Positions 13,163 through 26,090 of a stretch of 64,000 bases of DNA are shown here, piece after piece. The stretch's first letter is position 1. Each line of letters starts with the position of its first letter. The stretch comes from Azolla caroliniana. Taxonomy: Eukaryota; Plantae; Polypodiophyta. The translations under genes were made by a program, and so were the position numbers. Under the pieces are notes generated by a model that had not been told where the DNA came from, searched no databases, and was given only the letters and a program-made list of their open reading frames with translations. The DNA lies in contig JBHGNT010000001.1 in assembly GCA_043228905.1 (NCBI GenBank), forward strand, positions 30,008,001-30,072,000, in the 5' to 3' direction.

Positions 13163-14689
13163 CTGTCTGTGCAAACGAAACCCTTTCAACCTTCCAATGA
13201 AGACAGACGAAGAATGGAGGAGGTGAAGAAGGAAGGAAGATATTGTTTCACGTATTTACATAAATACCCCTCCCCTTCTCTCCAAAGAAATAAAAACCTT
13301 TGTTTTCTTAATTTCCGGAAATGACCCTACGGTTCCCTTATTTTCTCCGGGTGTCCTCCAAGAGAGCGGCTTACTCGTGCGGCGCGCTACTCCTCTCTTC
13401 GGATAGCCATGACCACGACCACTTATACTCGAACAAAATCTTCATTCCTCATCTCCGAGCTGCACGAACAGAATGAAGGCATGTGGAAGCCCACGAACAA
13501 TAAGAAGTATTTTCCAATTGTTGCCCCTAACTATGTATGCCCGCGAATCTAGAGCAATCGGTGCTAAATCGATGGGTATCTCGGTCCTTATATGTCATGG
13601 TCAACAAGAACTGATAGTTGGCAATAGTCTAATTGGATACATTGTTGAAGTTATTGTTATACCATCTTGAATTTACGAACTGATCAATGCGTAAGGCACC
13701 TTCATCAATGGAAATCTGTTTTGAGTGTATGTAACAATTGGGTTTTTGGAAAATAAAGAAAAATTATGAGGTACATACAGTAGACATTCGGTTAAGTGCG
13801 CACTTTGAACGCAAGGAAGAAGTGCGCACTTAGGGCTTTGTAAGTCAAAAAAATTCTTCCCCAAAAAAAATTCTCTCTTCTCTTTCACAAAAAGCACAAC
13901 CCAACCAACCATCACAAAGACCCTCTCTTCTTCTGTACATTGTTGCTCCTAGCGGTACTCCAATCCATGTCAATCACCACACCACGTTCTTGCTCCTAAA
14001 TTTATCTTTAGGTATGTATTTTCTGTCTGTTTTTTGTGTCTATGACTTGTGAATGAATATGAGAGAAGGAAGATAAGGGAGGTTCTAATTTTGTGCATAA
14101 TTTAGATGGAAATGTGTTAATTGTTTGGAAATTGTGCATGATTTCTTCAGTTTGATATTCATATATTTTATTGTAGTTGATATGGCATGTGGTTTAGGAG
14201 AAATAATCCACATATTTGGCTAAAAGAGGGTAAGAAAAATATCCATAAGTAGGGTTTTGAATCCACAAAATTGATTGATGGTTTTCCCTTCATATTAGTC
14301 CACATAATAATCTATTAATTGATTAGTAGCTTTCTCTTCATAGACCCATGGCCAACCTATTTAATGGTAACATTGGAACATCTAAGTTCAATTCATTTTG
14401 TGGTTCACATAATCGGTCTTGCTCTAAAGCAAAGTTTCAACAAAATTAGGTCAAGATTGTATCCACATCCTAACATGTGTGCCTCCTTGATGGATAATAC
14501 TCCAACTTAATTGGAGAAGACCCAATTTATTCGTCGATGAATTTTAAGCTATTTGTGACTTAAATAAGGGCATATGCATTAAATGTCAAAGAGTTTAAAC
14601 TTTCAAAAGGTTTTTGTACATCTACACTTGATTGGCGGGGAACAAAATATTGAGGTGAATTTAGCTAATTAGCATTGCATATTACAGAG

Positions 14690-16347
14690 ATGAATTCAAC
14701 CCATAAGTGAGGTGTTGGACTTCGTTTGAATGATGAACAAAGGCTACAAAATTTGGAGTTAGTGGAACAACCATCATCTCCTTCTCTTCGTAACATAGGT
14801 ATACAATTGGGTGTAAGTGAATCCGTTATTATAAGTTTGATCAAGAATAAGGATGAGATACAATTGCGTGTTCAACAAAAATGCAAGAAAAAACTTTTAG
14901 AGGATCAAAAGGAAAATATCCTGAATGAGAGGAACACTTACTTGGATTGATGCATCTCGTCGATTGTCAATTGCATTGCCTCCATCCGTTATTATGGAGA
15001 AGGCTCGACGATTGGCGGTAGAAATGAATATTTCTGATGATGAGTTCAAAGTAATTTGGGGCTGGTTTAGGAATTTTTGTCATTGCCAATGTTTGAATAC
15101 TGTTAATTTATATGGTGAAGGAGGGGCAGTTGATAGAAATGACCCTAAATGGTTGGCTTCTTTGGAAACGCTTTATGCTATAGTTAATGAGTATGATCCT
15201 ACCAATGTCTACAATATGGTTGAAACTAGTTTGTTTCTTCGATTAGCTCCAAGATACACAATACTTTTGCCTAGTGAAGATCCTACAACAATTTGACGTA
15301 AGAAAAAATTGTTAGATAGAGTTACCTTAGTTGTTTGTTGTAATGCAACTGCAACTGAAAAAGTTCCAATCACTATGATTGGAAAGACTATGGAATCTGC
15401 TTGTATTGTTGGAAATTCATGGTCATTACCTTATGTAGCGCAAAGAAATGCTTGGATTGATATCCCTTGCTTTAATAAGTGGTTTGAGCAAGTGTTTGTA
15501 CCTTTTGTTCGTTCTCGAACTAATCGCAAAGTGCTTTTAATCCTTGATAATGCACCTGGTCATGTCGAAGCATTTGAGCATGATGCTATCAAAGTGCTTT
15601 TTTTCCTAGCAAATGTCACATCTTGGAAGCAACCAATGGATATGGGAATCATTGGCATATCATGATAGTCCTGATTATGTTAAGATTCGTTTGGAAGATG
15701 TCGCTAAACGTATGAGAAGAGGCTCTATTGGTTTATCTTTTGGAAAGTCAGCACATTTGCTCGATGCTCATTGTTACTGCTTGGAATGAGAACAAGCAGG
15801 AGACAATTTTTAATTGCTATAGAAAGACATATATTATTCCACCATTTTCTGTTAATGATGTTGATTAAGAAGTTAGGGAAATGGAAGAACAATGCATTGA
15901 TGATCTTGTTGGTTTGTTATGTAATTGCAATTTGCTTGAAAATGCACATGTAGAAGAAATTTGAGATGAGATCATAGAATATGTAAATGCAGATTCAAAC
16001 GAATCAGAAAAACTTAATCAAAATGTCCTTGAAGAGATTGATGAAGTTATAACACAAGCGTCCAACACCAATGAACTACTTGCATATGATTAAAACAATT
16101 CAAATTTTGAGTTTGTTGAGAGGAAGAAAATGTGATTATTCTTGAACTCTTGAAACATATTGTTGATAGTGAACTCATGCTCAATTCAATCACAACAATA
16201 ACTTATTTGAGTTCCGAAAAAGCAAAGCAAGTAAAATCAGCTTTATCAAGTGATCGTCGAATTATTCAAGAAACAAATTCTACCATTGTTTCTAAGCGTA
16301 TAGCTAAAAATAGGCAAATGACCTTACATGGTTTGGGTATGAAGTAG
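14690..16347 (+). pseudogene. Pogo/CENP-B-like transposase (HTH + DDE_1), frameshifted and with stops
   Basis: Motifs GWFRNF (HTH_Tnp_Tc5-like), YNMVETSLF (first catalytic D mutated), RVTLVVCCNA, LLILDNAPGH and QPMDMGII. There are 30 residues between the 2nd and 3rd D (DD30D). Confidence 0.9.
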
Positions 16348-16426
16348 AGAAAGACTTAAAAATCCTCTTTTTGTTGTTTTCTAAATGTTTGGAACAAATT
16401 TCAATTTGGTTTGATGTAATTTCTTC

Positions 16427-16840
16427 ATGAAACAATGGAATTTCTTTGATTTGTTGACATTACGTGTCACAAGTTTGAAGGTATACTATACTTCAACCTC
16501 CTTGCAGGGAATCAAGTTTTTCTCCCATAGTCACGTCTGGCAAATTGTCTCCTCTTTGGGTTTATGGATTCTTTGGAAAGCTAGGTGCTCCAAGCTATAC
16601 AATGATGAAAACACTCACATCGTGGATCAGGTTAAGTCCTTTTGGAACTTATTGGTACATACAGTTAAAGGTAAATATGATAGTTATAAGGGTTTTGGTC
16701 ACACAACTAATAAGAAAAGAATGAGAATTCGTAAAGTTTGGTCATCTATACCTATTATGTTGAATGAAGCCGCAGATGTCAAGTGGAACTATGTACCGCC
16801 TCGGTGGTTATTCCCGCCACCAGCACCATCTTTAGTATAA
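16427..16840 (+). mobile_element. LINE ORF2 C-terminal fragment inside the pogo element
   Basis: WQIVSSLGLWILWKARC resembles the W-x-IW-x-x-RN motif downstream of zf-RVT in plant LINEs; AT-rich tail follows. Confidence 0.6.
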
Positions 16841-17611
16841 ATAACATTATATAATATAGATGATTGTTGATATTTTTGTCAGGATAAGTGATGTTGGTAA
16901 AAATCAAGGACATGGCAAGCCAAAACTTGGTGCTAATTACCGAGAAGGCGAGGTGGTTGTTGTGGATGTAAGAAGCAATTTCTTATGAGCGATAAGGATG
17001 AGTGTAGATGGTGTGGGGGTTGAGGAAGCATATTATCATGAGTTGGTGAGGGAATTTTTACAGTAATTTGTTTGCGGTCTATATGGCAGGATGCTTGATG
17101 GAAGGAAATCAAGGACATGGCAAGCCAAAACTTGGTGCCGAGCCGATTATCGAGAAGGCGAGATGGTTGTTGTGGATGATGCTTGATGGAAGGAAATCAA
17201 GGACATGACAAGCCAAATTTTGGTGCCGATTAGCGAGAAGGCGAGATGGTTGTTGTGGATGATGCTTGATGGAATTTGGTGGCATGGCACGGAGTGAAGA
17301 AGATTTTAGGTTTCATCTTAGGGAGTGCAACAAACTGGATAGTCTTCTAGTTGTTGTCATGTAGTTATTGTCTTTATAGAGTTTATTCATGACGAGAGGA
17401 TGAGTGACGATGGTGTGGGGGTTGAAACAAATATATGAGGGGATGAGGAAACATTTTATAATCACTTTGTTATTATGTATACAAGAATTTGGTGGTAATT
17501 AAACGACGAGATGGTTGATGAGGACTTAAGAAGCAAAATTGTTTTGAGGGATAAGGATGAGAGAAGACGATGTGGGGGGTGAAGCAGAATATTATGAGTA
17601 GGTACAGGAAT

Positions 17612-17925
17612 GGAACATATGGTAGTCTCTACCAGATTGCTACATGCTTGGAATACTTTGTGCCCTAGTAATTGGGCTTCCAGTACAAATTGTTCCTGGC
17701 TGTTGGAGGAATTGATTTTGGATATCCATCTTGCCTGCTGCAGTGCTCTTAGTTGGGATGCAGTTCTGTTCTAAGAGCCCGAAATGGTCAATTGGAGCAA
17801 CCATGTTTGTTTTGCAACAACTCTATGGAATCAATGTTGTGTTTTATTTCTCCCCAACAATATTCAAAAATGTTGGAATCAGTTCAGATTTGTTTGCAAG
17901 TGTTTAGGTTGGGATTGTGAATCTT
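17612..17925 (+). pseudogene. Captured fragment of a plastid glucose transporter (pGlcT/SGB1-type MFS sugar transporter)
   Basis: Manual translation: GTYGSLYQIATC/[fs]GILCALVIGLPVQIVPGCWRN*FWISILPAAVLLVGMQFCSKSPKW joined to IGATMFVLQQLYGINVVFYFSPTIFKNVGISSDLFASV*VGIVNL. These match the sugar-porter motifs ESPxW and QQLxGINxVFYF. Confidence 0.85.
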
Positions 17926-18855
17926 CTTACAAATCCTGACCTGACATATATGATTGGGAAGACAGAGGACATGAAATATCATGTAAAAGACAAGTTTTCT
18001 GAGGAGGTGTTATTATGTGGTTCATTTGGTGACATGGTCGCCCTCCTCTCCTTCAAAGATGTTGGTCTTTGTGGGATTGAACCATCGAAAAAGCTGGATA
18101 CTCGTAGATGTTGTCTATATGTTGGGTACGGTCTTCAGTACATGTGAAACAAAAGGCGAACAAGAAGTTTTCAAACTACCAGCCAAGGTGGACAACTAGG
18201 TTGGAGATTGTTTTCGTTTTTTGATGTGGTCTTCTACCTAGTAACGGTGTTAGTGACAAGGTTGAGAGTTATATTCATGGATTATAATTAGCAGTATCTT
18301 GATAAATGCCAAGCTTATATTTGGTCTTGTTTTTTATAATATATATTTGTGGAGATGAAACAATATTATGTACTATTTGTATACTGCCTCCGGGCCTTTT
18401 ATTAATACCAATGGAGCATACGTTTTATGGGAGGAAAAAGAAAATCTTTGATTTGGATTTTGACCTCTAAAAAAAGCGCACTTAATATAATGGTACACTT
18501 AAGTGGACACACACTTTTTTTTCTTTTTTTTCCAAAAGCATATTCTTCATTAGTAGAAATTCTACGTACATAACAAAATGATTCTGTGGCCGTGATAGAC
18601 CAATAAAAACTACAAATGACTCAGAGTATAAAACTACAAAGAACGGTGAACACATACAAGAATCTTCTTTCCATCTTATGTGATCATTGGCTTAAACATC
18701 GAACTGTAATGAGAACATCGATTAAGTGGACACGCACTTAACCAAATGTCTACTGTATTCTAGATTTATGGTTTACATATTCATTAGTTCTCATTCTCAA
18801 TCTCCTATTATCTCTCGTTCTTCCTTGTTTATTTCTAATTTCTCCTTTTTCTTTC

Positions 18856-19130
18856 TGACAGGAACTCAACGCTCCCTATACACAATGCTCGGCCACAACC
18901 GAGCTTAGGATCATACACAGAAAACGGGAAATAAAACACGACAAGAAGAAGAGGGAGATACACAGGAGGTTTACGTGGAAAACCCCAAACTAGGGGAAAA
19001 AACCACGGCAACCCACAGGCTGCAAACTGTCACTATGTAAGAATATACAACAGTGAGTTCACTGAGGCACCGACCTCGTGCTCACAGATCTTCGCCACAG
19101 GCAGCGGTTACAACAGAGGCAATGACCTCT

Positions 19131-19177
<47 letters not shown>

Positions 19178-19609
19178 CAATTACGCACACTCTCTATTCT
19201 TGCACCAACAAGAATGACAACAAAAAACACACACAGTTTTAAAGTTTGCCCTAAGTCATATTTATACTAATATGACTTTTCGGCTATTTACAAATATAGC
19301 CTCGATGGACTCTTAGAAACATATTTACGAATATGTCTCCTCATCCGGTTCATACTGGGTCTGCACCATCCGGCTCTCCGTAGCCGGGTACTCCCCATCC
19401 GGTTCATACCGGGTCTGCACCATCCGGCTCTCCGTAGTCGGGTACTCCTCATCTGGTTCATACCAGGTCTGCACCATCCGGCTCTCCGTAGCCGGGTACT
19501 CCTCATCCGGTTCATACCAGGTCTGCACCATCCGGTTTCGGCCTCGGCCGAGTTTATTCATCAGCACTGTTCTTCTCCCTTCCCATCCGGAGGGACTTGT
19601 CTCCCAACA
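18856..19609 (-). mobile_element. Solo LTR (copia-type), 754 bp
   Basis: TG...CA termini (minus strand TGTTGGGAGAC...CCTGTCA) and a perfect 5-bp TSD CTTTC (18851-55, 19610-14). Minus-strand TATAAATA near 19265 and a ccgtggtttt...gggttttccacgtaaa block typical of copia R/U5. Confidence 0.9.
19337..19535. repeat. 54-bp tandem repeat, about 3.7 copies, in the U3 of the solo LTR
   Basis: ctcctcatccggttcatac...gtagccgggta at 19337, 19391, 19445 and 19499. Confidence 0.95.
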
Positions 19610-19807
19610 CTTTCTTCTAGATGTTTTGCATAATTTTATGCAGATACCCCTATATATTGACTAACTACAAGTATAGCTTTATCTTGCATCTTTCTTTAAG
19701 TCTTTCCCTTAGTTCTCATAAATTATTATCATGCTCTCTACATATATACAATTTCTCACTATAATATTTAGTAGCAAGGGAAAACTAGGTCACCAAGAGA
19801 GAATGAA

Positions 19808-19915
<108 letters not shown>

Positions 19916-21961
19916 AGTGCATTGGGAAATTGGAAATCAACACGTGATAGTTTATTGGAAACTCAAGAGATATTACCTTCTACTTTGCATGAGCTTAAAG
20001 TCTCGGACTATCAACAAGCTAGATTGCACCCTTTAAGATAATATTTTTAGGATACTAATTGTCAATGGCATTAGTTTTTCTATGCTATTTACCAAATCAC
20101 ATGTCATATATAAGGGTGTGATAGTAGGAGAGTCTAGACAAATGCTTAGAACTTCTCAAATCATTGTGGCCAAATGTGTGGAATATTTTTCACAATTGTT
20201 AGATATAGAAGTTCATGTTGATGATAATGTTAAACATGCTCTAAATGTGTTTTGGGAATGATTGGGTGAATCATGTATTATATGAAGTTGTGGAGGTTTC
20301 ATCATGCAAGCCTTGCGCTCATAAAGCTTGATTATTCATATTATGTTTCTAAGAGCTACATGTGACAACATTAATAAGGCTAAGGAGATTTGGGAATTCG
20401 TTTGTTGTTGTTTCAAGGTCGAAGATTAACATGAAGGATATATATAAATGAGCTTGGGTGGTTAAGGAAAATAGTGCATCATGGGTGATTTTTCGACATC
20501 TAGACTACCCAATCGTGGTGGAGGTCTCTCATTTTAAGTTTATGTATTAGAGATTCTAATATTAATTGTTTCAAGCATCCCTAAGATTATGCAAACAATT
20601 ACAATACCCATTATTGCCAATTGTCAAAGAAGGCTATTGAGAAGATGATGAATTGAATGCAATCATTATTATAGAATAGGAATTGGAAAACTAGTATTTC
20701 TTGGTTTGCATGAAATCATACTTGTAATCTTATATGACTTGGCATGGCAACATTATTGAACTGGTATGACCAGATGGTGACTTAGAGAGTTCCTTTCATT
20801 CAATTTATGTTTTTTAAGTCTATAACCTCAAAGACAAATGGTGCCATTCTTTATTGGAGAGACAAACATTACATAATGTTGGGAAACATGAAAGTTGAGA
20901 TAATATGGCGGAATGTTGTGAATTCTAAAAGAACTACAAAGTGCCAAGAATCTTTGCAAGCTAATTGTAGTAGTAGTTTTTCCCAAGAGGATTACCAATT
21001 TTGTATAAATGGAGGTTCTAGCAATGTTTTGGTTATAGCGACAACATGAAAAGGAAGCTCGTCATCGTCAATACCTTTGCAAACAATCAACCAACTATAA
21101 CTTGCCCAAGAAACACTTCCACTCAACATTGGGTAGCATGCCATGTAAAAGACACCTTATCAGTAGCCAATCATCATTATTTTCAATTAGCTTTATATAT
21201 AGTCTTCATTAAGATCCATTAACATATCCAAAATTTGCTATCCAATCTTTCCACCAATTCTAGAACAAAGATCTACAAAAATAGACATGTAAAACAAAAA
21301 AGGATTGCCAAATATAATCATATCTACAAGGTAAATAAAGCCATGATCGACATGCTAATTGATTGACATGAAAATAAAATCACCAATCTCTTTCTAGGCA
21401 ATTTGTCCTTTCATCAATGTTAATATGAAATTTCTTTCGAAACTTCCCCAATGGGTATTAACATCTATTTGCATGTAGTAGCCTCGTGCTCATCATATTC
21501 ATTTACATACATCAAAGAAGCTTGATCCATGATTTCACGCCAGTCAATATAGGCCGCTTGATGGATTACACAAAACACGGATAAGAAGATGCATCAAACT
21601 CGCAAAGTATAAGATGAATGATTGTTTGTGGAGCCAAGCAATAATTCAAGAGTTTTGTTGACTCGGTAACCTTATGAGACTTGCCACCACTTGGGATTCA
21701 CTTTTTGTTCATTTTTTTGGACGACTACTCACAATAAGAGATGTGTTTTACTTTCTTTTTTGGGTCCCAATGCTCAAAGTTGACTTTCTATCATAATATC
21801 ATTGTCTATCCATCTACAGTGTCATGCTTAGACGGTGATATTGAGGTCTCAATTAATTATGTCTCTATGATCCGGACAATAAGAGGTCACACACAACACA
21901 CAAGATAAAAAGAGTAGCCTCCCACTCATCTCACTATGATCAAGCGGTCCCACATCCCCCC

Positions 21962-21964
<3 letters not shown>

Positions 21965-22007
<43 letters not shown>
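21965..22007. repeat. (CT)n microsatellite
   Basis: Directly visible. Confidence 0.95.
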
Positions 22008-22011
<4 letters not shown>

Positions 22012-23197
22012 GTCTCCAATCATTTTGTCATTGAATAATTCTCTCGAACCAAGTCATCCCACTATCTATCTATTGATTGGTCTCACGGTTCACCCTTTGA
22101 ATTCCTTACCTTTAGGAAAAGAAGATATACCCGACATGCTTAAAATAATATGTCAACATTGAATTGCTATAATAATTATGTTTTCTACATAATCAATTGT
22201 TGAGAGAGATGTACTAACAACATAGTTTAAACAACATTTATACTATAGTTCATTGTAGTGATTAATATTATGGCCACTACTAGTTATATCAACCTTTTGT
22301 AATTGACGTGGTAACATCAAGATTAGTATTATTAATCATCTAAGCACTAATCACAAATGTACGTAGATATGTAGTAACTCTAACTAATGTAGTTATAGTC
22401 GCAATTGATGCACTAATAACAAAGTCACATCACAACCTTTGTACTTTCCATTTACAATTCAAAATCAAAGAAGCAAATGACTATAACTACAACTCTCATA
22501 ATGGTTAGGGGTTCTTGATTGGCATTTTCCTTGAACTTTATATAAAAATATGGAGTGACAAGGGACATTAGGTAATATTTCTAGAAATACAAATGGCATG
22601 CACCATACTATCACCATTTATATGAGCGATAATATCAAGTATTCCCCTTATCTAACATTATCCCTCTCGTGTCTCTAGCTCTCCCATTAACCTCTCATTC
22701 TCTTGCAATCTCTTACCCTCTAATCTCTCCCAAACCAACTTGCTCTCCCCTTCCTAACTTACAATCCCTTTCTTTCTTTCTTTCTTTCTTGTACCAAGGT
22801 TAGATTCAAGTGGTCAGACAAGTTATTACAAAAGCCATTAATGCACTTGGGTGTCTAAATCTCATATAACGCGTCACTTTACGAGGACGGTATTGACCGC
22901 ATGACCCAAGACACAATCTTATCTCCGGAATCTTAGTAGACATCCCCACCACCCTATGTCTGTATGTGCATGTGTATAGAGAAACCCTTTGGTGGTTGGA
23001 CACTAAAGATATACATACAAAGGTATGATGATGTAGCGTTACATGTATTGGAGGAGCACTTTAAATGCAAAGTGTAGTAGTAGTAGTAGTAGTAGTAGTA
23101 TATATATGAGATGTGTGATGAGTACCGGAGAGACATTAAGAGAAGAAGCATATTAGGCAGAAGTTAGTGTGAAACGCACAAGAACATCACCACCACC

Positions 23198-24964
23198 ATG
23201 GTCGTCGCGTTACCAAATCTCTGTGGCAATTCTGGCAGTACAACTATCGGCAATGGTGACCAGTTCGAGAAAGCCATTGCCCTGGAGAAACCCATGCTGG
23301 AGATGAAGAAGAAGGCCTTGTGGGCTGCTGCTATCTACAAGCTCTCCCGATACTCGGACATCTGCAGCCTCACGTGGGCCACCGTCGTACTCCTGGGCGG
23401 CTTCGCATCCTCCCTCAAGAAACCCGACTTCTACCTCGTCTCCTTCTTATTGCTACTTCAGGCACTTCAATTCACCGTCTCTTCCACCTTCCAGAGCCTC
23501 CTCTTCGCCCACCTCTTCCAGGACAGCCACCATCCCAACACCTTCGCCCACAAAGACCTCCAATACACTTGGGCTACCTTTCTTCACCAAATTGGGCAGA
23601 TCCTAGGCTTCTTTTTCGCCGCAGCTGTCCTAGTCGCTGCCTTCTTCCGTCTAGCCATCCTTCCGCTCCTCGTCTCCTCCCTGAGCTCCCAATCAATCCA
23701 CGCCATTGCCCCCAACCTGTTCCTCTCCCTCGTCGGCTTCTACGTCCTTGTCATGATTACCTCCTCACTCGCCATTCTCGTCAGCCTCTTCAATCTGGTT
23801 CGCCGTACCTCCTCCCTCGATCCCGCCGTAGTAGCTTTCTATGACCACATCTACCGCCTTGCTATTGAGAGCCATCTAGCCTCCGCATACTCCATGGACC
23901 CTCTCACCTTCGCACTCGCCAAGCTCCGGACCGATTTCGAGCGCCGGATTAAGCCTATTGTCATACAGGCGTGGAACGAAAGTCTGATCAAGTACATCCA
24001 CGACGTCCCGTGTGGTGTGGAGATGGCCTACCAGGACCTGAATTCGGAGGATATGTACAAGCAGCTGGTGGCAGTGAACCTGGCCAGGTTCTGGGCTAAG
24101 GAATCCAGGATGGAGAAGCAGGTCGCTTATTTCGTGGAGATTGCCAGGAAATTGGTACGCCCGGAGAAGCTGGGCGAGGCTGCAGCTGACACCTTGGAGT
24201 TTCTGGCCGAAAATTGGGTGGATTATGAAGTACTGCCACGCCCAGACGCCAGAACCCAAGAGAATGTGTCGAGTGCCAAAGGTCATGGTCATGCTGCGGT
24301 CGAGATGCACGGCAATGCCAATAGCCGCGCGTCACAGCCGAGGCGGCCAAAACGTCACCCATTTCTGGAAGGGGTAGTAGATCCATCGAGTGGCAAGACA
24401 ATCGTGGATGAGCTAGTGCAGCTCGTGGTGAAGCCTTGGAGAACTTCGTTGGTGTTTCAGCTGAGAGCTCTAGAGAGCTGCTGCCGGAGCAGGCAGGTTG
24501 TAGCGTGGATACGAGAGGGACCGTTTAAGGACCAACATTACCAGAAGCTCTGCGAAACGCTTTTCGGGATCATAGAGGGGCCTGCGCCTGTGCCTGTGGC
24601 TACTAGGGCACATTCCAAGCCCAAGCAAAGGACCAAGATCTATGCGGCATCTGTTCTCTTAAACCTCCTAAGGCCACCAATGTCTAGTGCGGGGCCGATA
24701 GCAGAGGATGATGTAGCGAATAAGGAAAAACTGAGATCATTACTGGAGAAGGGGACGATCGATCCGGCCAATGGCTCAGAGGAGTATGTGTGGAAGAAGG
24801 AGGTGACTTTATTGGACACGGTCCGTAAGGAGATGGACCTTCTACCATACGATTGGACTTCTGTGAATATACGGGACCTGGAACAGATAACTCGTAACAA
24901 CAACAAGAAGAACATGTCGCGAATGGCCTGGTGCTGGGAATCGGGATCACAGCCTGCTTCTTGA
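23198..24964 (+). CDS. Multi-TM + ARM-like helical repeat protein (BLE2 / At4g14280-type family), 588 aa, intronless, copy A
   Basis: Long ORF with good start context (accaccATGG). The N-terminal signature LTWATVVLLGGFASSLKKPDFYLVSFLLL matches the remembered family motif WATVVLLGGFAxxLxxxDFW. About four hydrophobic segments are followed by a helical soluble region. Confidence 0.8.
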   Translation: MVVALPNLCGNSGSTTIGNGDQFEKAIALEKPMLEMKKKALWAAAIYKLSRYSDICSLTWATVVLLGGFASSLKKPDFYLVSFLLLLQALQFTVSSTFQSLLFAHLFQDSHHPNTFAHKDLQYTWATFLHQIGQILGFFFAAAVLVAAFFRLAILPLLVSSLSSQSIHAIAPNLFLSLVGFYVLVMITSSLAILVSLFNLVRRTSSLDPAVVAFYDHIYRLAIESHLASAYSMDPLTFALAKLRTDFERRIKPIVIQAWNESLIKYIHDVPCGVEMAYQDLNSEDMYKQLVAVNLARFWAKESRMEKQVAYFVEIARKLVRPEKLGEAAADTLEFLAENWVDYEVLPRPDARTQENVSSAKGHGHAAVEMHGNANSRASQPRRPKRHPFLEGVVDPSSGKTIVDELVQLVVKPWRTSLVFQLRALESCCRSRQVVAWIREGPFKDQHYQKLCETLFGIIEGPAPVPVATRAHSKPKQRTKIYAASVLLNLLRPPMSSAGPIAEDDVANKEKLRSLLEKGTIDPANGSEEYVWKKEVTLLDTVRKEMDLLPYDWTSVNIRDLEQITRNNNKKNMSRMAWCWESGSQPAS

Positions 24965-25231
24965 ACCTTCCAAGTGAGCTTGGTTGGCATCACATTCATC
25001 CCCCATAAATAAAAACATTCTCTCTTTTCATGACATTCACGCATATTATGGTCACTATCCAAGCTCGTCCTTCTCTTCTATACTTTTGCCTACATATTTC
25101 ACTTCTATATCCCCACATCCCTCACACGGATGTTTTGTAACTAATTTGGTGTATGTAAAATTTGTAATATTGCATTATGGTCCTTGCCATGTGTCCAAAT
25201 TAGAATTACATAAAAATTTGTTGTGATTGAA

Positions 25232-26090
25232 TGTCAAGCGCGCGCACACACACACACACACACACATTATCGAGTGGAGATGAGACTTGGGTCTTGGATT
25301 AAACAACCCAAACATAAATATATAAAAAGAAACTTATACAATTGTGGAGCGTCCCATGGTGATTGTAGTATAGAGATGAGGGAATGGGGCATATGCTCAC
25401 ATTCTCCCATAGAGAGAATACATATATTATAGTAATGCTACCCTATCTTTATACCTTGTTGAAGTGATCATCTTCTCTTTATTCTCACGCTTAATTCTTT
25501 GGTGTATACTTGTATTGTAGTGTAGGAGGTGAGATGTTTGTTAGATATTTAACATCCCCCTTGCCTAATACGAACACTCATAGGTTTACCAAGTGAGGTG
25601 CCATTAAGGGTGCCAAAAGTGGATGAGAGTAACTCAAGTTCGACAAAGCTGTCAAGATTTGTAGGGAGCAGAAGGCGTGTCAAAGAGAAGTCAACGGGAG
25701 TGTGTGAGGCAAGCGGAGAACATGGGAGGTGGGAAGATTTGTAGGGGGGTGTAGAGAGCCCTATAAAAAGCGGGGAAAGCCTTCTAGTAGTGGGAGTGTC
25801 GAGAAGCAAGGAGCATGTGGTGGTGTGGAACACGAATTTGAGGGGAGGGAGAGAAACTTTTAAAAGATTAGCTATATAATTCATCCATACATCTGTGAGC
25901 CACATGGAGTGTCGAGAAGCACGGAGCATGTGGTGGTGTGGAGCACGAATTTGAGGGGAGGGAGAGAAACTTTTAAAAGATTAGTTATACAATTCATGCA
26001 TACATCTTTGAGCCACATGGAGGTCAACATTGGCACACGGTACTAGAACATGGGGAAAGCCTTCTACTAGTGGGAGTGTTGAGAGGCAAC
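25232..26090 (-). mobile_element. LTR-retrotransposon remnant: 3' LTR (about 25232-25554), PPT and degenerate internal sequence
   Basis: Minus-strand CAAGGGGGA directly precedes TGTTAAATA at 25554. A roughly 112-bp tandem duplication lies at 25793-26018. The left boundary is uncertain. Confidence 0.5.

Larger units (their letters stand above)
13778..18755 (+). mobile_element. Pogo-family (Tc1/mariner-related) DNA transposon, 4978 bp, decayed, with cargo
   Basis: 23-bp TIRs: CAGTAGACATTCGGTTAAGTGCG (13778) and CGCACTTAACCAAATGTCTACTG (ends 18755), 1 mismatch. TA on both sides (13776-77, 18756-57). Subterminal AAGTGCGCACTT-like motifs and an internal transposase pseudogene. Confidence 0.92.

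Noticed and set aside
19288-19567. ORFs with 18-aa repeats
   Set aside because: By-product of the 54-bp repeat in an LTR U3.
23320-25062. Overlapping alternative-frame and antisense ORFs in the ARM genes and retroelements
   Set aside because: Expected shadows of GC-rich, codon-biased coding sequence.
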